In this document: in pieces, positions 53,505 through 64,000 of the stretch
Numbering within the stretch: the stretch's first letter is position 1
How the letters are laid out: each line of letters opens with the position of its first letter
Source: Paramecium tetraurelia
Lineage: Eukaryota
DNA length: 64,000 nucleotides
Direction of reading: 5' to 3'
Assembly: GCA_000165425.1 (NCBI GenBank)
Contig: CT868207.1
Coordinates: 248,001 to 312,000, forward strand
Notes under the pieces: model-generated
Seen by the model: only the letters and a program-made list of their open reading frames with translations
What the model was told of the DNA's origin: nothing
Databases searched by the model: none
Made by a program: the position numbers and the translations under genes

Positions 53505-56500
53505 ATGAGCGAAGATCAGCCAGAGGCCAATAGAATGTCTGTAAAACAACTGGCAGGGAAGTTTTAGTCAATGATTAAAACAACCACTCCTTTACAATAA
53601 TAACCACCTCCCCAAAGAAAAAGCGAAGTCTTCACCAGAAGTTCAATGTCGAGGGAAGAAACGAATAAAATATAATAATTAGTAGGTCAGGTTCAACAAG
53701 AAATCAAACAAGAGCAACAAGCTGTCTAATCTCAGACTCAACAGAAAGATGAAAATAACACACAACCAATATTAATCAATAAATCTGACAATTTAGTAGT
53801 TGATTCACAATTTCAATAATAGTCATAAGTTTAGCAATAAAAAAATTAAACTCTTGAGCAAGATGATGGGTAAATATTATTGTTAATCAACAAGCAACTC
53901 CAAATTCCAAAACAATAAATTTCGATTTGAAAAAGAAGAATTAAAGAATTAAATAGAGTATTTTATTCATATTAAATAGAAAGTTGAAAGCAAGAATTCA
54001 AAGGTATGNNNNNNNNNNNNNNNNNNNNNNNNNNNNNNNNNNNNNNNNNNNNNTGATTTCGCCGATGATTCACCAAGATAGGGAAAGTTGAAAGCAAGAA
54101 TTCAAAGGTATGAAAATGATGAAAAACAGTACATCCATATTGAAGCCAGAAAATAAGAATTAGAATAAAACCTATAATTGAAATAATAAGAATGTCTCCA
54201 ATTACAATAAAAGTAATTCAATATTAAATAACATAGGTTGGGAACAGCAGAGGATGACTTTAGAAAAAAATAACAGGTAATCTTAGACGAGTTACAAAAA
54301 ACTATTGAATCTAAAACTAAAGAGAATTCTTCAAAAGATTCAAAGATTCAAGATCTCTAAGAAAATTTAGTATTATTGTCAGAATAGATCAAAGAGAAAG
54401 ATCTAAAAATAAGAGAAGTGTAGGAAGCAGAGTAAAAAGAAATTAGTGACATTGCTAAAGAAAGAATTAAGCTAATTGGCGATCTTCATAAGTGCTAGGC
54501 TGAACTATAGGAATTATAAAAAACTAATGCTCAATAATTTTCATAGATCTAATAATTAACCAATAAAGCAACTCAAATTTAAAACTTATCAAAACTAGAA
54601 ATTGATAAATTGAAATAGTTAAATTAAGAATAGCAAGATAAACTCTAAGAAAATCAATCAAATATAGAATTAATGAATAATAAAATAAATGAATTGACTG
54701 AATTAAATGATCAACTCAATTAACAATGTGATTAATTACTCAAAAACAAAGAATAATTAGAAAAGGAATTGGTACAAAGTAAAAGAGATGTTGAAATTGA
54801 ACTTAAGTAAAATCAAGAATTTATTCATGAACTTTAATATTAAATTCAAAATCACAAAAATGAACAACTATAACTGGAATCAAAGTTTTAGAACGAACAA
54901 TTCGAATTAAATTAACAATTGACTAATTTAAATGAGTAATTACAATCCCTTACAAATGAAAACTAATAATTAATAAAAGATAATTCACTTTTAAATAATG
55001 AATACACAGGTTATAAGAAGGACAAAGATCAATAAATTGATTAGCTAAATTAACTAAATAACTAATTAAACAATGATTTAGATTAAGCTAGATAACAATT
55101 TAATTTAAGTTAATAGGAAATAGAATAAAAATATAGTGATCAAATACAAAATCTGAATTCTACTATCACTTAATTAGAGGATTAAAAATAATCATTATTA
55201 AAAAAGGCAAATGAAGAGAAATTACAATTGCAAAAAATTATAGCAACTCATCAATAGGAATTATCTTTAGAGAAGGATATAAATAAATAAAATGAAATTA
55301 AATTTACAAATGAAATAAGCCAACATAAAGATGATTTATTGTAAAAACAAATGCTAATTTAATAACTCAATGACAAAGTACATATTTTATAAGAACATTC
55401 AAAATCATAAGAAACTAATATCTCAAAAAATATTGATGACTATAAGATTTTGTTGGATTAAAATAATTAATAGATTACTTAATTATCTGAATAAATTAGA
55501 TAACTAAAAAAATAATAAAAGCAATAAGAATAAGACTCAAAAACAACAATCTCTTAATATGAATTGCAAATGAAATAATATTTGTAAGAATTAACATAGA
55601 CTAAAATATAGAAGAATGATGCTGAAAGTGAAAAATAAAGTAAAGAGGCTTAATTAACATAAGTGATTGAAAAATAAAAATCATAATTGTCATAAGCCAA
55701 TACCACAATTCAAGATTTAAATTATTAAATTTAACAATTACAGCAGAATATAAAAGATTAAGATGAATAACGTTTAAGTATCGTGTCATCAAAATAGTCA
55801 GCAATTTATGAAAAAGAACATCAGATAACCAGTTTGGATAGTTAAGTATAGAAATATTTGAATGAAATATAAAGCAAATAAGAAGTTATTTCTGAATTGT
55901 AAAGGTTATTAGAAAAATAAAAGTAAGAAGTAACTTCATTAATTTTGGAAAGGGAAAGGACACAGAAAAACAGCAGCTAATAGGTTTATGAATTACAAGC
56001 ATAAATTAAAGATTTAAATTATGAGATTAATCAATTGAAGAATTCAATGGTTTAAGTAGAAAATGAAAAGAATATCAACAAAGAAGAATACAATCAAGCT
56101 ACTGATTAATTAAAAGAGTAAATTAATAGATAGAGTACAATGATAGCAGAACTTTAAGAATTTTTGAAAGACAGTAATTAAAAAGAATTAGTAAGTACCT
56201 AAAAAGCCACATAGCAAAGTCTTGAAATCAATTAGTTATAATTGGAATTTGCAAAGTTAAAAAATGAACAGACCCTTTTGATGTAAAATAATTAATCTCT
56301 AATTGAAGATTTATAATTAAAATATCAATAATAGAAATAAAAGGATTAAGATGAATACAACAAGACATCCTAGGTAAATCTCTAAAAAATTCAAAATCTT
56401 GAATTAGAATCAGAGGAATTAAAAAATGAGAATTTGAAATTGAAAGATTAAATTGAATAATTAAATTAAACCATTAACCAATTAAAAGATGAATACCACA

Positions 56501-57922
56501 ATCAAAACAATTTAGTTTAATAGACAAACTCTGATTAGTAAAGATTGCAAAATGAAATTAATGAGAAATCTCATAGAATTGAAGAATTAGAATTATTAAA
56601 TGAGAACTCTAAAACTTAGATTGATTAATTAAATTAAACTATGTTAGGCTAATTAGAAATGATTCAATTTTAAAAAAATAATATTTAAGATTCCTAAATT
56701 AGGTATAATTAATTATTACTTGAAAATTAAGAAATTTAAGCCAAATTGGAAAATTAAATATTAAAAGAAAATTCTTATTTTAAATAAATTGAAGAGCTAA
56801 AGGTCTCTTTTGAATAATTGGAGCAGGCAAATTTATAGTAGAATGATGAAATCTAGAAGCTATAAAATTAATTAGAGATTGAAAATAAAAAGAGAGAAAA
56901 TGTTGAGCAAGAGTACAAGTTAGTAACTGAAGAATTTAATGATTATAAGGAGTAAGCAGAGAAATCTATCAATGAACTATAGAATACACTTATAAGTTGT
57001 AAAAATGAATCAAAATAACATATTAATAACACATTGCTATAATAAAAACAAAAATCAGAACTAGATTAGAAATTAGCTAAGTTATCATAGTAACTTTAAA
57101 GTGAAAGATCTTAATTTGAATTTGATCTTCATTAAATTTAAGAGAACTTTAATTAAAAAAACAAAGATTTACAATTGTTAATAAATCAAAAAATTGAAGA
57201 AATTTAAAAGCAGCAATAATAATTAAAAAAATAAGAAAAACTTGAAGACATGATTTTTGAGTTGACTGTCTAAAAAGATTAATTTATTTAATAGATAGAT
57301 ATATCTGAAAAAAAACTAAAAGATTAAATTTAAGAGAACTAAAAGCCTTAATCAAACATTAGAGAAATAATTAGAAATCAATTCAAGCTAGTTGGCTTAA
57401 TTCTAAAATGAGAAACTCAAACTGTAAACAGAAATTAAATAATTGTCTAATTAAAATTAGTAGTATTTAAATCAGATATAAAAATATTAAGAATATATTT
57501 AGTAATAATAGAAAGATTTAGAAAAAAACTAATTCATAAATAAAACTGCAGTCTTAAATGATAATTAAGGTTAGATTTTAGAAAAGGAATTGACAAATCT
57601 TTAAAAAAAGGTATTTAATTTTTATCTAATATTATAGCTTGTGTAAAAATTGAACTTCTATAAAGATTTACTTTCAGACAAAAAAAACACTGATCTTAAA
57701 CAAACTGTGAATGAGGATTTAATTACTATTAAGAAAGATTACATTATTGCATTTGAAAAGGTGGGAATCGTTGTTAGAGGAATTGATGAATTAGAGAAGA
57801 TTTCAGGATCAAAGAATGCGTATAATAATTTTATAATTTAGGAATGAACTTAATAAGCTAAATAGAATTTTAAGAGAATTTATATAAAAATTTGCAAATT
57901 CAGTATAATGAACAAAAAATGA
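53505..57922 (+). CDS. giant Gln/Glu/Lys-rich coiled-coil protein (spans the assembly gap; 3' end approximate)
   Basis: MSEDQPEANRMSVKQLAGKF.., then more than 3.5 kb of heptad-like sequence; probable indel errors near the 3' end. Confidence 0.8.
54009..54053. other. assembly gap (45 N) flanked by a 30-bp direct duplication
   Basis: gaaagttgaaagcaagaattcaaaggtatg occurs at 53979-54008 and at 54083-54112. Confidence 0.95.
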
Positions 57923-57948
57923 AAAATTTAGTTAAGATATATATATTA

Positions 57949-59471
57949 TCAATTAAACATTTGTTTTTTTGGATTTACATTCCTCCAAGGATGTGAATGG
58001 TCAAAATACAATTAATATTTTTCCGAATCACCAATATTATATTAGTCGAGTGTTTCAAAACTCTTTTCTGTATCAATTAAATCTACATAAATCTTTTTTC
58101 TTGAAGTACTCCTGATAGCTGGAAGAGTGAAAGAGTTTTCACTCGAATCATCTCCAAATCTAAGGATTTAATTTTTCTTTAAAGCCATTTGAGCTTACCT
58201 TTAAGTTTTTTGGATCTAATTTTCTTCGACTTTAATTAAAGTCTTTTTTCTCTTAGCAGATCTACACCTAATTTTAAGTTCTTCATATAATTTAATTGTT
58301 CTCTTAAACTCAATTTTAGTTTCAATAAGTTCTTATTCTTGGTGATGTACATCCCTAACATCATAGACTCTTTCTTCAAACTTCTTCATTCTCCAAACCT
58401 ATTTTTATTCTTCTAAATTAACGAAGTCTTCTAAATTATTATTTTCTGCATATTTCTTAAAGTCGTAGTGTGAGAATTCATATAAGCTGGAACCATCTGA
58501 AGCACACCTCAGAGAGAATTAATATTTCAATTCACTGGGATGTTGATAAAAAATTTCAGATTCTTAAAGCTCGCTTAATATTAATTATTATCCTTAAAAC
58601 TGTTTCACAACATGAAATACTCCATATTTGACTACAAAAATTTAAGAGTTATCTGCTCCTTCTCTAACGGCTATTGAATTTCTTACATAATGCTTCAACA
58701 CCAAATAATAAGACAATTGTTTAAGATCTTCATCATTCCACTACTTCAGAGGAGGAATTGTTTACAAAAAGACTAGTTTTTCATGATGTAAATTCTAAAC
58801 TAATTATAATAATAACTTTGCTGATTTTCCCTAAAATATCTATATATTGTTTGCGAGTTAAACAACCAAACTCACAATCTGACTTAGTTGTGACCGTTGC
58901 TGTTGCTTTAAGGTTATCCTTTATTAAGGCTAATTCTCCGAATGAATCACCTTACTCCAGTGTTTTGATTTCTTAAAGACTGAATTATTCTTCTTCGCCT
59001 TTTAAAGACGGTTGAGTGTGTATTGTGCCAGTTGTTGAGGCTTATTATATTTACTATAGACTGGAGTGTTAAGTAATGTTATTGTTTTAAATGACTTTCA
59101 AAGAACTTTTCCTTTAACCTTTTTGAACATAAATGCTGATACTTACTTTGCCGGATAATATTACATAAAATGTCCTGTTTTCTTTATTGATTTAAATGAC
59201 TAAAATTTTATTAAAAATTACTCTAAGTGCCTGCAGGGATTCTCATATAGGATAGGTTTCTACATAAATCAGCCACAATAAGTGGTCCATATTGTGTTTT
59301 CAATTTTTATACGAAACTTAAAGACAGCATAAATAATTCAATTTATTCTTATTCCTTTTTAGTTTTCTGTTTTTTTAAAAAGGCCAACCTTGCCTCATTC
59401 AATAAATCGTTTTATGAAGGTTTTTCAGGTAGGAGACCTTTTTAATGTATTAATTTTTTCATCCTATTCAT
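57949..59471 (-). CDS. cyclic nucleotide-binding domain protein
   Basis: FYVIISGKVSI..IKTLEQGDSFGELALIKDNLKATATVTT..CLTRKQY; a second degenerate CNBD-like region follows. Confidence 0.85.
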
Positions 59472-59587
59472 ATTTTTAATGATTATAAAATAAAATATAA
59501 ATTTAACCAATTTAGAGTTATTAAAGTTGTATGCTCTCAAAATTTGAAAAAAAACAAAAATCATCAAAATTTCCAAAGAAAATGGAG

Positions 59588-60343
59588 TCATTCTTCTAAT
59601 TAGTTCATAAGCTCTCTTCTCCCTTGTAATTTTGCATACTTCAATTGGCAGATTTGCTTTTATAATAAATATCTTTGTCTACTTTATCATTTATACTCCA
59701 TTTATTATTATTGTATTTCTTAAAAAAATTGAATACTGTTTCTGGGTAAAGAAAATTGACAAAAGCATAACCTAAGTTTCCTTCTTTCTAAGTATAGAAA
59801 TTGTCTATTTACATTGTTATCGGATGGCAAATAGAGAAAATCAAATTAAGATTTGAAGTCTTTGTTCAAGAGATTCCTTAGATCAGTTGGCCTCATGTAT
59901 TTAGGAATATTCTTAAGCATCAAAGTAGTTCTATCATCATTTAGTATCTACTATAAGGAACAACGAAATACATCTTGCTCTTAAATGTCTAAGCTTTAAT
60001 AGAAAGGTTGTAGTTTTGAATAAATTTACCTTTCATCTTAATCTAATATAAACCTCATTTCGATTAGTTCTTAGGTAAGTAACTTTTAATTGAAAATGCT
60101 TCCTTCATCAGGCATCAATAATTTAAAGTCTCATAATTACTATATGATACCAAAAGAGCACAATGAGGCTTCAAATTTTTCATCTTGACTTAATAAAGGT
60201 CTGGGAATTTGTAGTTTAGAGATTTATTTTGATTCCACTGATGAATCACTAGAACTAATAGGAGAAGCTGTAGTATTAGGAAAAGAAATTCGTTCTTTTT
60301 AAGGAGGTGTACGGAGTGCTATATTAATTATATCACAAATCAT
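59588..60343 (-). CDS. Mei2-like RNA-binding protein (C-terminal RRM3 only); start uncertain (60343 or 60370)
   Basis: DDRTTLMLKNIP..FDFLYLP..NLGYAFVNF..KW..ICQLKYAKLQG is the Mei2 RRM3 signature. Confidence 0.88.
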
Positions 60344-60366
60344 TATTTAATATTAAAAACGATGGT

Positions 60367-63189
60367 TCATTAATTTTCTAATTTCTTTATAGTTGCTCTG
60401 GTTTTGACTTATCTCTCGAAATTGCTTAAACAAACTAAACAATTCCACCTTCCCTTAGGTATCTCTTTAAGTCCCAAACATTTCGCGTGAAATACTTTAG
60501 GACAGGTATCACAGCAAATAACCTTCCCTCCTTTTCCACATTCCTTGCATTAATCCTCCCACTTATTCTAAACCTTTCTTGACTATGATTTAGATTTTAT
60601 TCTCTATCTTAAGTTTTAAACCTTAATTTCTGGCTCTTTATCAGCTGCTAATTGGGCTTGTCTGTTGTTATGCACTTCGTCTACTTTAGTTTTTTCAGGT
60701 ATTTGAGTTACTACTTATTATGTATTTTTTCTATTTATGTAGTCTTATACTATTTAGCCAAGAACTTCTAAACATATCTTCAATTTGACCAGATTATAAT
60801 CTTATTTTAATTATTCTATTAAATTCAATCTCAATGTTTCATAATATGTGCCAAATAATTTCATTGGCAATCTTCTAACCTTCACCTTTCCCATTTCTAA
60901 TTATTCTAAGTATTAAATTGCAGTTTGTATAGGTTATTCAGCAGATGAATCATCTTCAATCACTTTCCTTTTTCTATTCAGTTGCTAATGTGATTCATCA
61001 TCCTTAATGAATTATGATATTTTCTCATCTCCATTGATTTCATCTTCAGGTTTTATTTCTAATTTTTCCTGTATCGTAGTATTATTAACAAAAAATTCTA
61101 TTGCCTTGCAAAAAGGAGCAAGATTCTATTCATCATAATTCTTGTCTAATTTTTTTTAATTTACATTCTAGAAACTATTTAAAAAGGAGTTTCTAATTTC
61201 ACTGCTACACCACCTTGAGCTCCTTTGATTTAGATATTCAGTCAACATATTTTCAATGTTTAAAAATTCCTATTACAACAAATCAATGTCTAAATTCTCT
61301 AAACTATTGATTTTCTACTCTTTAGTACTGCTGCTTTGATTTTATTCAATATCTAAATCATTATTTTTATCAGAAGTACTAACTTTCTATTCCTCTTCTT
61401 AATTCCCTATCAACAATTTAGCTCTTTATAATTCTAATATATTATTTCTTAGTGAATTTTCTCTGACTCCCTTTTAACAAAGTATTTCCATCAAAGCATT
61501 GATATCTGTAAGATCATAGAAACCCCATTAGGAAATATCATCATCTATTACAGAATGCCTCATACAGACAAAGATTTTGTCTGATTCCCAAAGGAAGAAA
61601 TAATATTAGCTATTCTTATTATCATATCCCAAGAAGACTGATGGATTCAAGACCAAAGATGTAATTGATATGATAGCCAATTCCTTTTATTATAAAATTA
61701 TTTATACCTTTTCTTATTATTTGTATCTTTATGTCAAAATTTTAATATCTTTTTCTATATTCTAAAATTATTATTTTAAGATTTGAGATTAATTATTAGC
61801 ATTTTCCATTTCTTTAGTTAACTGCTATGTTTCTGCACGACTTAGTCCATCTTATAATAATTTAGACTATAATGAAATTAAAATTATTTTACTTTCGCAA
61901 CCTAAAAATGACCATCCGATTCAGTAACTTCAGCATTTATTTCTATTTACTTGCTTCTCTACTCCTTGATTTAAATTCCCAACTAAGTTTAGATTTTATT
62001 ATTTGATAGTATATATTCAATTCTTTATTGATAGAGAAATTAGGTTTTCTTTAAAGATTCTAATCCATCAACCAAAACTATAACAAGTTTTGCCAATTTG
62101 TTAACATTTGAATAATCAACATAATCAATCAAATCATCTGGGAGATTTAAGACACCTTATTTAGAAATGTTTGTTGGTAATGATTTTATATCATCTCGAA
62201 GCAATTGATAGTACCTCTATCTATTGGTGTGCCACATGTATCCCATTAGTTGCCAATAAGGTATTTTCTTAACTAGATAAATATCATACATATTATTATT
62301 TTTGCATTTGTTCCATATCCAAATCCTCAATAATTTACTTCAAATAGAAATAGCAAAAAAATAAAATTAGCTCCTGAGGATTATGCTATAAAGTGAAATA
62401 GATTTCCGATCTTGACTTTTGACTATATAATGCCAGATTATCTCTAAAATGAATCAAAGTTCCAATATTATTCGATTATGATTAAGCTAAAATAAATACT
62501 ATTTAAATGTCTATACCTTCAATTTATTGTTCTTGAAGAATATCACTTATAATTTTGTTCATGTTATTGTAAGCATCCCAAATTTTGAGGACATCTTCAA
62601 ATATTTCTTAAGGAATTCCTGGGTCTACACGAAGGGCGGGCTTCTTTTTGGGCTCTATGTTGAATAATCCTTGGTAGGCTGTTAAATATTCATCCAAAAT
62701 AGGGAAGGATACTCTACCTTGTTATACGTAAGTAGGATAAAGCTATTAAAATTCAGTAAGCTTTTTGATTTTGTCTCCTTATGGTTGAACTGTTTTTTAA
62801 AAGAAATCTTGTATTTAATTGTACTGTTTCTTTTTTTCAGGTATTGAATCCTTTATTTTTCTCTACTCAATTCTCTCTAGGCAAGAAAAGCAGTGCCATT
62901 TAATTCCATCCTTAATTTGAGGCTCTTTGCTCTATGTGCGTATACATTCCTAATGGTACTTGAAATGACAACGAATGCAAATAATAGTAGGCGCAGTCAT
63001 TGTCAATGCTTTACATAGTCGACATATAGACTTATCACCAAACTACAGTTTTCCGTCAATAGACTTTTTGGGTTCTTACTTATAGTCGAGTTTCATTTGC
63101 TTAAGAACCTTCTTGCTTGTAGCTTGTTTTGAATCTTATGCGATTTCATTTTCATGATTTGTTTTTTGAGGTGGTTCTTAACTGCTCAT
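60367..63189 (-). CDS. PHD / DDT-like / WHIM(WSD) / PHD chromatin protein (BAZ/ACF1-type ISWI partner-like); start uncertain
   Basis: N-PHD CRLC..CIRCHFKYHQEC..WHCFSC; DVLKIWD (DDT-like); FLGYD..YYFF..WGFY..INALMEILCQKGVRENSL (WHIM2/3); C-PHD CKECGKGGKVICCDTCPKVFHAKCLGLKEIPKGRWNCLVC. Confidence 0.85.
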
Positions 63190-63445
63190 TCTAGCCGAAG
63201 CCTGTGAATTATTTGAATTTATTTACTAGATTCAACGAAGCGCTATAAATAATTCCTATAAAGCTAATTAATTTTATATTATTTGCTGAAAGTAATTTAA
63301 GAATTCTCTAAAATTTTTGGCCACTTGTTGAACTCCTTTTAACTCTTAAGAATTTGAGGTTTCAACTTATTAAGTATCACCTAACCAGCATATGTATTTA
63401 AGTGGTTTTAAAATTATATATTTCTAGTACTATTTTTATTATAAA

Positions 63446-64000
63446 ATGCTGCGAAATTTAATGAAGATAGTTATGAGAAGTTCAATCTAAAGAAATTCAA
63501 AGGGAAACATGATATAAGTTGTTAAGGTATTCAATAAATTTGAAATAGAGAGTTCAAATAGTTGATTTTTGATACAAGACAACAATTCACTTAATTAAAT
63601 GGAGAATAATTAAGTTGCGTTGTAGATCTAATGAAGCAGGATTAATTAGTCGACGATGACAACACTGACTATTTATTGATAACAATTAAGAATGTTGAAG
63701 ATGAATAAACCAGATATTAACTTTTAGATAAGATAATTATGCCAACTTCAAACTTGGCAAAAGAATAAGTGAAAGAAATAGAATAGATCATTGAGAGTTG
63801 CTAATAACATGCCATGGGATTGTCAATTATGGGCAAGATGATTGCATTTTATAACTATTAGAACAGATAAATAATGAATAAATTTGTTAATGAATTTGGT
63901 GTAACTAAAACAAATGCAGAATAATTGGGTGCAGCCTCTATTGGTTTAGCATTGGGATAATATAAGGACAAGTGATTATGGGAAGATATAGCCTCACATT
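63446..64000 (+). pseudogene. coding-like but interrupted sequence (disrupted gene or low-quality sequence), truncated by the window end
   Basis: ATG 63446 plus a 22-nt intron leads to an early TGA; a later patch NKFVNEFGVTKTNAEQLGAASIGLALG looks protein-like. Confidence 0.35.

Noticed and set aside
54113..57300. Dense TAA/TAG runs as repeats or non-coding DNA
   Set aside because: They are Gln codons of a coiled-coil protein.
63190..63400. Open minus-strand frame upstream of the PHD-WHIM gene
   Set aside because: No start codon found and it is out of frame with the gene; cannot tell extra exon from chance.

Overview
AT-rich, very gene-dense eukaryotic DNA from a ciliate macronucleus, most likely Paramecium (P. 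tetraurelia-like). Genes read through only if TAA/TAG encode Gln and TGA is the sole stop, and they carry 20-30 nt GT..AG introns, so the supplied standard-code ORF track is mostly fragments or antisense shadows. Manual translation gives about 33 protein genes: CFAP58 5' end, a Cys-rich surface protein, four kinase-fold genes, B-box, mL54, CXC/tesmin, Amt, A20/AN1, a cNMP-gated K+ channel, C9orf85-like, a tandem FLVCR-type MFS pair, TRM6, p24, an SCP phosphatase, BAH-PHD, MON2, a giant coiled-coil, a cNMP-binding protein, Mei2-like and PHD-DDT-WHIM-PHD. There is also one tRNA-Pro(UGG), several decayed-looking regions and an N gap. I saw no CRISPR array, transposase, rRNA or telomeric repeat, and no clear multi-gene novel system. 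The best leads are single genes: an Amt with both pore histidines replaced by Phe, two lipidated SILK+RVxF proteins, a myosin-TH1-PH AGC kinase, a K+ channel with a CCHC knuckle, and chromatin readers. Family calls come from remembered motifs, not database searches. Coordinates span introns and were counted by hand.
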